64,000 nucleotides of DNA. Origin: an uncultured Opitutaceae bacterium. GTDB taxonomy: Bacteria; Verrucomicrobiota; Verrucomicrobiia; Opitutales; Opitutaceae. Positions 17,815 through 27,232 of this stretch are shown here, one piece after another; within the stretch, counting starts at the first letter, position 1; each line of letters starts with the position of its first letter. The stretch covers positions 3,171-67,170 of the forward strand of contig CBFHXU010000001.1 in assembly GCA_965659875.1 (NCBI GenBank), read 5' to 3'. Both the position numbers and the translations under genes were made by a program. The notes beneath the pieces are model-generated. The model had not been told where the DNA came from, made no database searches, and was given only the letters and a program-made list of their open reading frames with translations.

Positions 17815-19188
17815 ATGCCCCCCTCATCGTCCACTCCCGCTCCCAGTCGCCGTGATTTTATGAAGACCTCCGCTGTCGCGGCGGGGCTCGTTGCTGCTCC
17901 CCATTTTATTCGTGCGCAGCAAAGTGACTCACCCGCCAATAAGCTTAACATCGCGTGCATCGGCGTGGGCGGGAAGGGCAAGGGCGATACCCGTGATGCG
18001 TCCTATCACGGCAACATCGTGGCGCTTTGTGACGTCGATCTCGCGGGCGATGCGGCCAACCGGACGGTGGATTTCCCCGGCGTCCCGCAATTCACGGACT
18101 ACCGCGAGATGTTCGACAAGATGGGTAACCAAATCGACGCGGTCACCGTCACCACGCCGGATCATACCCACTATCCCGCCGTCATGATGGCAATGGCTTT
18201 GGGCAAACACGTCTTTTCTCAAAAGCCGCTGACCAATTCGATATGGGAAGCCCGCCAGCTCCTGCTCGCCTCACGTCATTTCGGCGTGGTGACGCAGATG
18301 GGTATCCAAGGCCATACCTTCCAGGGCATGCGCATCTTGCGCGAGTGGCTTGAAGCCGGCGCGATCGGTGATGTCGAGCAGGTGCGTTACTGGACCAATC
18401 GCCCGATCTGGCCGCAGGGTCCCGAAGTCGACTATGCGCCGACCGCAAATCCGCGGGGCGTAAACTGGGATATGTGGCAAGGTTCCGTGGCCGAGGATCG
18501 ACCTTTCAGTGATGGACTCCACCCCAAGAAATGGCGCGCCTCGTGGGAATACGGCTGCGGTGCGCTCGGTGACATTGGTTGCCATCTGTTTGATGCCGCC
18601 TTCTGGGCACTTGATCTCGGTATCCCCGACGAAGTGGTAGTCGATGCGGTGTCCGACTTCACGGAATTGTCCGCGCCGGCCAGCTCGGTACTGCGTTATA
18701 AATTCAGTCGCGACCGAGCCGGCAACAAAATCAAGCCGGTCGAATTTTTATGGTCCGATGGTGGTCTCAAACCGGCCCGCCCTGAAGAATTGGCCGAAGG
18801 CGTGAATTTGCATGAACAATTTGGTCAAATCCTGCACGGAACTGACGGCATGATTTATTCGCCGGGCGGTTACTGCGAAAGCCTCCGCCTGCTGCCGGAA
18901 GAGGCCATGCGTTCCTTCAAACGCCCGGCCAAAAAATACCCGCGCGTCAAAGGCGGTCCGATCCAGGAGTGGGTCGAGGCGATCAAAAATGGCACCCAAC
19001 CCGGTGCCAACTTTGAGTATGCCTCGCGCCTCACGGAAGTGGTGCTACTCGGCAACTTGGCCATTCGCTTGGGCAAGCCGATCAAGTGGGATTCGGAGAA
19101 TCTCAAGGTTATCGGTGCCCCGGAAGCCGACGCCATGATTCGGCGCGAATATCGCGAAGGTTGGGAATTCCCGATTTTCAAGGCTTAG
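17815..19188 (+). CDS. Gfo/Idh/MocA-family oxidoreductase, Tat-exported
   Basis: Twin-arginine signal SRRDFMKTSAVAAGLVAAP and Rossmann motif IACIGVGGKGKGD. Confidence 0.85.
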   Translation: MPPSSSTPAPSRRDFMKTSAVAAGLVAAPHFIRAQQSDSPANKLNIACIGVGGKGKGDTRDASYHGNIVALCDVDLAGDAANRTVDFPGVPQFTDYREMFDKMGNQIDAVTVTTPDHTHYPAVMMAMALGKHVFSQKPLTNSIWEARQLLLASRHFGVVTQMGIQGHTFQGMRILREWLEAGAIGDVEQVRYWTNRPIWPQGPEVDYAPTANPRGVNWDMWQGSVAEDRPFSDGLHPKKWRASWEYGCGALGDIGCHLFDAAFWALDLGIPDEVVVDAVSDFTELSAPASSVLRYKFSRDRAGNKIKPVEFLWSDGGLKPARPEELAEGVNLHEQFGQILHGTDGMIYSPGGYCESLRLLPEEAMRSFKRPAKKYPRVKGGPIQEWVEAIKNGTQPGANFEYASRLTEVVLLGNLAIRLGKPIKWDSENLKVIGAPEADAMIRREYREGWEFPIFKA

Positions 19189-19503
19189 GAGGTCCCTTAT
19201 TAGATTGGGTTGTAGCTGGAATCGGCCTGTCCGCCGAAGCCTTGGCGTAGGAGGGTGACCCCGGTGTTTCATTCTGGGTGAACGCAATGAGGCAACGGTC
19301 CGGCCTCAGAGAGGGCGGTTACAACAGCGAGTTCGGCGACGGATGATCGGTTTCGCCAAGGGAGTGGTCCAAATTTCATCACCTTTGCTTAACTGTGAAA
19401 GGGGGTTTTGGGCTGGATCGTCGGCTGTCGTTTGCGGTAGAAGGGAAAGTCAATTGTTTGACCACTCACTTAGACTGGAACCCATCTGCACCCACCCCTT
19501 CTC

Positions 19504-20778
19504 ATGAGAAATTCCGCCTCATTAAACCGCCGCCAATTTTTGCGGGGAGCCGGAGGACTGTTTGCCCTGCCATTTCTGCCCTCCCTTTCGTCCACGGCTG
19601 CCGCCGCGGCGAAGGTCCTCGCTGAACCCCGGAAGCGACTTGTTTGTGTCGGCACGTTCCTCGGCATGTATCCGGGCGAATGGCATCCTGAGGCCGGATC
19701 GACCCGCGTGCCTAAGCTATTGGAACCGCTGATGGACCACCGTGACGATTTCACCGTCGTCTCGGGCGTGGACCACGGGATCAACGGTGGCCACAAGGGA
19801 ACGCCGTCGTTCCTTTCCGGGGTCTACCAACCGGAATACATCGGTGAATCCATCATGGTGCGCAATCAGATCACTTTGGATCAGGTGGCGGCCAAGCACC
19901 TGAGCGTGAACAGCCGGTTCCATTCCCTTCAACTTGGTGCCTCCGAGGGCAAACCGTCCCAGACGGTTTCATGGGACGAAAACGGCGTGCCGCTTCTGCC
20001 CGAAGCCGATCCGATCAAAGCCTTTAATCGCCTGTTTGTTGATGACTTAAATCCCGCCGCGGCCGATCGAGCGATGGGCTTCAAGCGCAGCGTGCTCGAT
20101 CTCGTCGCCGACGACGCGAAGGCCCTGCAGCGCGAAATCGCTTCGGAAGATCGTGAAAAAGTGGACGCCTATTTCTCGTCCATCCGCGACGTCGAAAAGC
20201 GGATCGAGCGGCAACAGCAGTGGATCAACACGCCCAAGCCGGGGGTGCCGCCGCTGCTCGAACGTCCCACTACCTTCCACGATAATCTGGACATCATGTT
20301 TGAGCTGACGGCCCTGGCTTTGCAGCACGATTCGACCCGGGTGGCTTCGATCGAACTCCCCGCCGGGGGATTGCCCATCACGGTCGGCGGCGAACAGCTT
20401 TCCGGCTATCACGGTCAATCCCACCACGGGAAAGACCCTGAAGTGGTCAACGAACTCGTGCGTATCGAACAAATGCATACGCGTTCGCTCTCGAAGTTCA
20501 TCACCCGGCTCAAAGGCATTGATGATGGCGGCGCGAGCCTGTTTGACCGGACGCAGATCTTGTTTGGCAGCGGATTAGGCAACGGCAGCTCCCATTCCAA
20601 TAAAAACCTACCCGTGCTGGTGGCGGGTGGTGGTTTGAATCACACGGGTGAGGATTTGATCTTCGAGCCCGGCGCCGTGCCGCTCAGTAATGTTTTTGTC
20701 ACCATGCTCCAAGGTCTGGGCATCGAGCAGGACCGTTTTGCGGCCAGCACGGGCAACATCAACAATGAGCTCATTTAA
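19504..20778 (+). CDS. DUF1552 domain protein (Tat signal)
   Basis: N-terminal RRQFLRGAGGLFALPFLPSL, with family-typical length and the usual pairing with a DUF1592-type gene. Confidence 0.8.
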   Translation: MRNSASLNRRQFLRGAGGLFALPFLPSLSSTAAAAAKVLAEPRKRLVCVGTFLGMYPGEWHPEAGSTRVPKLLEPLMDHRDDFTVVSGVDHGINGGHKGTPSFLSGVYQPEYIGESIMVRNQITLDQVAAKHLSVNSRFHSLQLGASEGKPSQTVSWDENGVPLLPEADPIKAFNRLFVDDLNPAAADRAMGFKRSVLDLVADDAKALQREIASEDREKVDAYFSSIRDVEKRIERQQQWINTPKPGVPPLLERPTTFHDNLDIMFELTALALQHDSTRVASIELPAGGLPITVGGEQLSGYHGQSHHGKDPEVVNELVRIEQMHTRSLSKFITRLKGIDDGGASLFDRTQILFGSGLGNGSSHSNKNLPVLVAGGGLNHTGEDLIFEPGAVPLSNVFVTMLQGLGIEQDRFAASTGNINNELI

Positions 20779-23191
20779 ACGACTGCAGCGGCAGCTTCGC
20801 TTTCCGTCGGCATTTTTGATCGGACTGGGTGGGGCCTCCGTGGCGACCGCGGCGGAGAACTTTAGCGAGTTGGTAACGCCCTTTATGGAGCAGCACTGCT
20901 TCAAGTGTCATGGTGAGGAAAAGCAGAAGGGCGACATTCGCCTCGATACCCTCAGTCACGATTTCTCGGCGGCGGAGAACGCGATCATCTGGCAGGACGT
21001 CTCGGATCTTCTCATCATTGGTGACATGCCCCCGGAAGAGGAAACACGGCCCGATGCCGCGTTGATGGCCGACGTGATTGCTGCGATCGATACCAGCCTG
21101 CGAGCCGCCGTGGCTGCTCAGGGTAATCAGGGTCGTATCGCGATCCGTCGGCTCAGCCACACGGCCCTAGATAACACGGTGTGGGATTTGTTGGGGATCG
21201 ATATGGAGCTGGCGGAAGGTTTGCCCGCGGATCCTGAAATTGAAGGATTTGAAAACCTTGCGGTCACCTTGGATGCCAATCCGGAGATGGTGCTCAAGTT
21301 GCAGGACAACGCCCAAAAGATTGCCGCCTTGGCGCTGGTCGATGGACCGGATGTGAGGGCGAATCGGGTTTATCAAATCGGCACCATCGGTCACGGCTAC
21401 AATGTGGAGGAGCGCGGTGATTTTGTGATCACGTCATCCAGTCGCGATCGCAAACACGTTATGTGGCCGCTAGATTTTTCGGTGCCGCAAGATGGTCTCT
21501 ACGAGATTAAGGTAGAGGGGCTCGCCCGAGATCTGCGCACGGAACTGGAAGCGGAGGGCATCGAATATACCTACAAATCAGAAAGCTACGAAGAGCGGAT
21601 GAAAACTCGGGAGCGTCGCGATGAAGACGAGCCGGGCTTGGTTTCCATCGTCGCCATTCAGGCTTCGGAAGCGCGGCACATGGACGCGGCCAGTGTGCCG
21701 GGTCGTCGGGTGGGGCATTTTTATATCGGCGATGATCTTCAAACCAAATCGGTGGATGTGCGTTTGCATGCGGGAGAGAACATCATGCTGCATTATGCCT
21801 CTGCCGCGGTGCTCAATCAGTCACCGATCGCCGTAGTAGAAGGCGAGGAACGCTTGGTGGCGGATTTGTTGGAAGTGAAAACCATTGAGGTGAATGGCCC
21901 CCGCATCGCGACGTGGCCCACGCCGGTTCAGCAGCAGTTGTTGGGCGATGGCACGGCCTCGGCGGCGGAAATCGAGCACCGCATTGGGGAGTTTTTGTTG
22001 CGCGGATTCCGTCGACCCGTGCCGGAGTCGACCACCGCGAATTTCGTGCGGTTGTATCACACTGGGATTGACCAAGGACTCACTTCTGTGGAGTCGATGC
22101 GCAATGTGGTGGCGGCGGTTTTGTGCTCACCGCGGTTCCTGTTCAATTATGACAAAGGGCAGAGCAGCGATGCTTGGGCTGTCGCGAATCGCTTGTCCTA
22201 TTTCCTCTGGAATTCGATGCCCGACGATGAGCTGCTCCGGTTGGCTCAAACTGGTGAGCTCACCAATCCCAAAGTGCTGGGCGAACAGGCCCGACGCATG
22301 CTGGGGGACGATCGGGCCCAGCGGTTTGTGACCGATTTCACCGGTCAGTGGCTCGGTTTGAATCACATCGAGTTGATGCGGCCGGATCCCAAACTTTATC
22401 CGGACTACGATCCCTTGCTGGAGCAACTCATGCAGCGGGAGAGCGAGGAGTTTTTCGAACTCGTGTTGGCAGAAAACATGCCGGTGGCGACGTTCCTTGA
22501 TTCCGAATTTGTGGTCATCAACGAGCGACTCGCCAACCACTATGCCATCGACGACGTACAAGGGGCGGATTTTCGGCAAGTGGCTCTCGGGCCAGACAGC
22601 TTGCGTGGTGGTCTGCTCGGGCAGGCCAGTATTCTGAAACTTACGTCCAATGGCACGCGGACCTCGCCGGTCGTGCGCGGGGTTTGGATTCTGGAGAACA
22701 TTTTGGGTGACCCGCCGTCACCACCGCCGGCCGACGTTGAGCCCATCGAGCCGGATGTGCGCGGATCGACCACGATTCCGGAAATGCTGGCGAAACACCG
22801 GGACGTCGAGTCGTGCCGCGATTGCCATCAGGGCATCGATCCGTGGGGGTTCGGCCTCGAGCATTTCAACGCGGTGGGCGAGTTCCGGAACGAATATCGC
22901 AACGGCCAACCGGTCGATGCTCGGGGCAGTATTGCGGGCTCAGCCTTCTCCAATTCGGAAGAGATGAAGCGCGTGCTGGTGGGACGTTCCGACCAATTTG
23001 CCCGCGCACTCACCGCAAAACTCTTCACCTTCGCTTTGGGTCACCCGCTGTCGGTGGGTGAAAAAATTGATTCCGACGACATTGCCCTGGCGAACGCCCG
23101 CGATGAAAAAGGTTTCAAGGACCTGATTGTGGCGATCTGTCAGAGTCCGCTCTTCCGGGGAGCAAATACCCTCGAGCTCGCTCAGCATTGA
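20765..23191 (+). CDS. DUF1592/DUF1595/DUF1587/DUF1588/DUF1585-type protein with cytochrome c motifs
   Basis: CFKCHGEEKQKGDIRLD near the N-terminus and CRDCH near the C-terminus. The ATG at 20765 overlaps the DUF1552 stop by 14 nt. Confidence 0.8.
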   Translation: MSSFKRLQRQLRFPSAFLIGLGGASVATAAENFSELVTPFMEQHCFKCHGEEKQKGDIRLDTLSHDFSAAENAIIWQDVSDLLIIGDMPPEEETRPDAALMADVIAAIDTSLRAAVAAQGNQGRIAIRRLSHTALDNTVWDLLGIDMELAEGLPADPEIEGFENLAVTLDANPEMVLKLQDNAQKIAALALVDGPDVRANRVYQIGTIGHGYNVEERGDFVITSSSRDRKHVMWPLDFSVPQDGLYEIKVEGLARDLRTELEAEGIEYTYKSESYEERMKTRERRDEDEPGLVSIVAIQASEARHMDAASVPGRRVGHFYIGDDLQTKSVDVRLHAGENIMLHYASAAVLNQSPIAVVEGEERLVADLLEVKTIEVNGPRIATWPTPVQQQLLGDGTASAAEIEHRIGEFLLRGFRRPVPESTTANFVRLYHTGIDQGLTSVESMRNVVAAVLCSPRFLFNYDKGQSSDAWAVANRLSYFLWNSMPDDELLRLAQTGELTNPKVLGEQARRMLGDDRAQRFVTDFTGQWLGLNHIELMRPDPKLYPDYDPLLEQLMQRESEEFFELVLAENMPVATFLDSEFVVINERLANHYAIDDVQGADFRQVALGPDSLRGGLLGQASILKLTSNGTRTSPVVRGVWILENILGDPPSPPPADVEPIEPDVRGSTTIPEMLAKHRDVESCRDCHQGIDPWGFGLEHFNAVGEFRNEYRNGQPVDARGSIAGSAFSNSEEMKRVLVGRSDQFARALTAKLFTFALGHPLSVGEKIDSDDIALANARDEKGFKDLIVAICQSPLFRGANTLELAQH

Positions 23192-23228
23192 GCGAACCGA
23201 GGCCGGGCCCCCGGGGCATCAACCTGAG

Positions 23229-24932
23229 TCACTCTTCTGCCTGCATCCGTTTGAAGATGCGGTAGGGGATGAGATACATCAGGATCGCGACCACCGAGCC
23301 GGCGGCGAGGTAACCGTAGTCGATGTTTTTATCCACGGCGTTCTTCACCAAACCGAGAGGCGAGAAGATCACAAAGGTGAGCACCATCAGCGCGAGGCAA
23401 AGTCCGCCGACGAGCTTGAAGTGTTTCCACGGCGTCATGTCGATGTCGGAAGCCGGCGTGGTGGGCTCGATGGAGCGGTCCAACGGGAAAACTTTGGAAA
23501 GGCCGAACATCATGACCACGTGCACCACAAACAGTGCTCCGAGGGCGTGCAAATAGTGCACCGGCAAGGCGGGGTTAAATTGAGAAACCGACAGGGTGAT
23601 CAGATAGGATATCAACGTGATATTGGCGGCCTTGGTGGAGACGGTTTTCGAGAAATAACCCACCAACAAAATGAGGAAGATCGGCGCGCCGAACAACACT
23701 TCCGCCTTCACCATATAGACGAAGAGCCCGTCTTGGAATTTCATGATGAATGGGGCGACGAACATGGTGAATATCACCAGAAAACAACCGACCCATTTGC
23801 TGCGTTTAATGATGATGTCATCGGAGAGGTGACGGCCCCACATGGGTTTGTAGATATCGATGGCGAAGAGTGTGACCGAGCTGTTGAGCACACTGTTGTA
23901 GGTGCTGAGCACGGCACCGAAGATGACGGCAGCGAAGAACCCCACAAAGATGCCCGGCATGATGTCACGCACGAGGGTGGGGTAGATGAAGTCGTTGTTC
24001 TCAAACGCGTTTCCGCCGTAGACGTGGTAGGCGATAATCCCAGGAATCGCGATATAGAAGACGTTTAGGATTTTGAAGTATCCCGCGATGATGACGCCCT
24101 TCTGGCCCTCAGCCAAATTGCGGGCACCGAAGCAGCGCTGCACGATGAACTGATTGGTGCACCAATAAAACGCGTTGTGCATAATCATGCCGGTAAAAAG
24201 CACGGCAAACGGCACGAGGTCGTTCTGGGATCCGATGGAATCCAGCTTGTGGGTCTCGGTGGTGAACATGGTCTTGATGCCACCGAAGAAGTTGCCGTCG
24301 CCGACGTAGCGCACGCCGAAGATGAAGACGAGGAGGCCACCGGTGAGCAGGCCGATACCGTTAAGGGTGTCCGATACCGCCACCCCTTTCAGCCCGCCAA
24401 ACAACGCATACGTGCCGCCGATCATACCCAGCGTTCCCACCAAAATCCAAACGCAAGTGGTCTCGTCCACGCCCAACAGCGCGGGCACGTTGAACAGGTT
24501 CATGATGGCAATGGCGCCGCCATAGAGAGCGACCGGCATCCCGCCAAAGACGTAGCAAAAAAGGAAGAGAGCGGTGACGAGTCGCCGCGTGCTGGGGCCG
24601 TAGCGTTGTTCCAGAAATTCCGGAATGGTCGCGAAGCCGCGCTTCAGGAACGTCGGCAGTAAAACACCGGCGAAGAGCAGCAACGGCGGGATCACGGCGA
24701 CGGTCCAAGCGATGGGGGCGAGGTTGGTCGCGTAGACCTGAGCGGTCATGCCGGTAATGTTGGCGGCGCTCAGGTTGGTGAGCAGGAGCGACCCGGCGAT
24801 GACCCAGCCACTCAGGCTGTTGCCACCGAGGAAATAGCCTTGGGAGCTGTTGAGGTTTTCCTGGCGCGTGCGGTAGTAGGTGACCACCGCGACGAATGAG
24901 GTAAAAAAGAGGAAAGAAAGAAAAGTTCCCAT
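23229..24932 (-). CDS. Sodium:solute symporter (SSS / SGLT-like family)
   Basis: 567 aa, about 13-14 hydrophobic segments, SSS-like sequence throughout. Confidence 0.85.
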   Translation of the reverse strand: MGTFLSFLFFTSFVAVVTYYRTRQENLNSSQGYFLGGNSLSGWVIAGSLLLTNLSAANITGMTAQVYATNLAPIAWTVAVIPPLLLFAGVLLPTFLKRGFATIPEFLEQRYGPSTRRLVTALFLFCYVFGGMPVALYGGAIAIMNLFNVPALLGVDETTCVWILVGTLGMIGGTYALFGGLKGVAVSDTLNGIGLLTGGLLVFIFGVRYVGDGNFFGGIKTMFTTETHKLDSIGSQNDLVPFAVLFTGMIMHNAFYWCTNQFIVQRCFGARNLAEGQKGVIIAGYFKILNVFYIAIPGIIAYHVYGGNAFENNDFIYPTLVRDIMPGIFVGFFAAVIFGAVLSTYNSVLNSSVTLFAIDIYKPMWGRHLSDDIIIKRSKWVGCFLVIFTMFVAPFIMKFQDGLFVYMVKAEVLFGAPIFLILLVGYFSKTVSTKAANITLISYLITLSVSQFNPALPVHYLHALGALFVVHVVMMFGLSKVFPLDRSIEPTTPASDIDMTPWKHFKLVGGLCLALMVLTFVIFSPLGLVKNAVDKNIDYGYLAAGSVVAILMYLIPYRIFKRMQAEE

Positions 24933-25034
24933 AGGGGTAAGAAGGGGGAGGTTCCGACGGTGGGGACTATTTGCCGGTGCTCAACTGATTTTATGGGTAT
25001 AATGATGAGTAAAAGCATTCCAATCCGGTCCTCT

Positions 25035-25045
25035 GGAACAGTTAC
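25035..25045. promoter_or_regulatory. Operator-like site GGAACAGTTAC
   Basis: In the divergent region between the SSS symporter (start 24932) and the PhoD-DUF1080 gene (start 25158). One mismatch to the reverse complement of GTAACGGTTCC. Confidence 0.35.
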
Positions 25046-25157
25046 GACCCGAGACCATCGCGGTTGGCGTGAGGCTGGCTTGCGTCGAGTCTTGGCCGGC
25101 GTTTGGCTCAGTGCTCCGAGTCGCCGTCTGGCCACGTTCGCTACCCCCTTTGTCCCC

Positions 25158-27221
25158 ATGAAACGCCTCATTATTGGAATTTTTCTCCTTATCTCACCCT
25201 TGGTGGGTTCGATTCACGCCGCCGCCCTCGGCAACGGTATCAAGATTGGCGAAGTCACCGCGACCTCAGCCATCGTATGGACCCGCGTGACCGAGACCGC
25301 CGAATTTAATAAGATGGGTGTGCCGTTCAAAGATGAGGACGAAGCCGTTCCGGTCGGACTCACGTTGCCCGAGATGAAGCACAGTCTGACCGGCACGGCT
25401 GGTGATGTGCGGGTGGTTTATTGGCCCCGGGAACGCATCGGCGAAAAGGTGTGGATGCCGTGGATGCCGGCGGCGATGGATCGCGATTTCACCGCCCAGA
25501 CGCAGCTCCATGGTTTGACGCCCGGAACCCATTATACGGTCGAGGTGCACCTACGGTCCGCCGACCTGCTGGGGACCGTGGTGGGATATCAAGGTCAGTT
25601 CCACACCGCTCCGGCCGAGAACGACGATGCAGCGGTCAATTTCACCGTGGTGACCTGTCATGATTTCATCCGCCGGGATGACGTGGAGAACGGGCATCGT
25701 ATTTATCCGGCGATGGCCCAGCTCAAGCCCCAGTTCATGGTGCACGCGGGTGACGTCGAGTATTACGACAAGCCGCAGCCCTGGGCCAAGAATGCGGAGC
25801 TCGCGCGCTACAAATGGAACCGGATATTCGCGCTGCCTTTCCAGAAGGACTTCTACGGTTCCACCGGGGTATATTTCCAGAAAGACGATCACGACATTCT
25901 TAAAAACGATGCGTGGCCGGGAGACACCTATGGCGATCTGACCTGGGATGAAGGCCTAGGCATCTTTAAGGAGCAGACGCCCACGGGTGCGCGACCTTAC
26001 CGCACGGTGCGGTGGGGCAAGCATGTGCAGATCTGGCTGTTGGAGGGGCGAGAGTACCGCAGCCCCAACAATATGCCGGACGGCCCGGACAAAACCATTT
26101 TAGGCGCGGAACAAAAGGCCTGGTTCTACGAAACCTTCGCCGCATCTGATGCTACGTTCCGGATCGTGATGAGCCCCAATCCGATACTGGGCCCGGATCG
26201 TCCCAACAAAAACGACAATCACGCCAACGAGGGATTTCAGCATGAGAGTCAGGAGCTCCGAGATTTCCTCGCGGGTCAGGAAGACGTGTTCGTGGTCTGT
26301 GGGGATCGCCACTGGCAATATGCGACCGTCGATCCCGTGCACGGTTTGCGTGAGTTCGGCAGCGGCGCGGGCTCAGACAAACATGCGGGTGGATGGAGCA
26401 TGGATCGTCGCACGCCGTCGCAAAAATTTCTCCGCATCAAAGGCGGATTCCTGCACGTGAAGGTGGAGAACAACCACGGGAATATTGAAGCCCGAGTGCA
26501 GCATCGTTCGGTGGACGGCAAATTGATGAACGAGGAGATCCTGGTGGCTCATCGTGTGCCTTCCAGTGGGAGGTCGACGAAGGGTTATGGGTGGCAGTCT
26601 TTATTCAGTGGTCAGGAGTCCGAACTGGCTGGTTTCCATATTTACAACGGCGGCGACGCGATGCCCGAACGCTGGAGGGTGATGGGTGATGTGTTGACCC
26701 TCGCTTCGCGAAAAGAATCACCCGGACTGCGCGAGAAAGAAGACATTGTGATCACCTCCGCGCCGGTGAAGGACTTCGAATTGGAGATGGATTGGAAAGC
26801 GGGCGAAGGTGCCAATGGCGGTATCTTCTACAAGTCGCTCGAGGGCGGCAAATATGAGAAACCGTGGCATACGGGATTGGAGTATCAGCTGTTGGACAAT
26901 GTCGGGCACGAAGAGGGCCTGATCGAAACCCATCGTGCGGGTGATCTTTACGATTTGGTGGGAGCACGTGAGATGGTGGCGCGCCCCGCTCTTGCTTGGA
27001 ACCATTCCCGACTCGTGGTGCATGGCACCAAAATAGAGCACTGGTTGAACGGCGAATTGATCGTGGCAGAGGATACGGCATCGGCCGAGTGGGACGAGAT
27101 GGTGGCCGACAGCAAGTATGCTGTGCTCACCGAATTTGCCCGACCCATTCCCGGTCACATCGTGCTGCAGGATCACGGTGATCGCATGTGGTTTAAAAAC
27201 ATCCGGATCCGGAAGCTTTAG
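25158..27221 (+). CDS. PhoD-like phosphatase fused to a C-terminal DUF1080 (3-keto-disaccharide hydrolase family) domain
   Basis: Signal peptide MKRLIIGIFLLISPLVGS. PhoD-type metallophosphatase motifs: HAGDVEYYD, QKDDHDILKNDAW, NDNHAN, CGDRHWQYA. The DUF1080 part starts at about 26586 and ends IVLQDHGDRMWFKNIRIRKL. Confidence 0.8.
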   Translation: MKRLIIGIFLLISPLVGSIHAAALGNGIKIGEVTATSAIVWTRVTETAEFNKMGVPFKDEDEAVPVGLTLPEMKHSLTGTAGDVRVVYWPRERIGEKVWMPWMPAAMDRDFTAQTQLHGLTPGTHYTVEVHLRSADLLGTVVGYQGQFHTAPAENDDAAVNFTVVTCHDFIRRDDVENGHRIYPAMAQLKPQFMVHAGDVEYYDKPQPWAKNAELARYKWNRIFALPFQKDFYGSTGVYFQKDDHDILKNDAWPGDTYGDLTWDEGLGIFKEQTPTGARPYRTVRWGKHVQIWLLEGREYRSPNNMPDGPDKTILGAEQKAWFYETFAASDATFRIVMSPNPILGPDRPNKNDNHANEGFQHESQELRDFLAGQEDVFVVCGDRHWQYATVDPVHGLREFGSGAGSDKHAGGWSMDRRTPSQKFLRIKGGFLHVKVENNHGNIEARVQHRSVDGKLMNEEILVAHRVPSSGRSTKGYGWQSLFSGQESELAGFHIYNGGDAMPERWRVMGDVLTLASRKESPGLREKEDIVITSAPVKDFELEMDWKAGEGANGGIFYKSLEGGKYEKPWHTGLEYQLLDNVGHEEGLIETHRAGDLYDLVGAREMVARPALAWNHSRLVVHGTKIEHWLNGELIVAEDTASAEWDEMVADSKYAVLTEFARPIPGHIVLQDHGDRMWFKNIRIRKL

Positions 27222-27232
27222 GAGGAATCGCC

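Noticed and set aside
23127-24068. 313-aa ORF antisense to the SSS symporter
   Set aside because: Its composition (runs of H, D, E, G, R) is typical of antisense reading of a GC-rich membrane-protein gene, and the symporter frame is clearly the real one. The same reasoning applies to 32806-33825, 48209-49294, 55360-56388, 10289-11197, 36186-36980, 39794-40657, 3999-4733, 42836-43645, 44447-45196 and 52248-53066.
24998-25003. TATAAT box in the symporter/PhoD divergent region as a sigma-70 promoter
   Set aside because: There is no acceptable -35 hexamer at 16-18 nt spacing (TTGCCG lies 21 nt away), and promoter consensus in this phylum is uncertain. Not enough to call.
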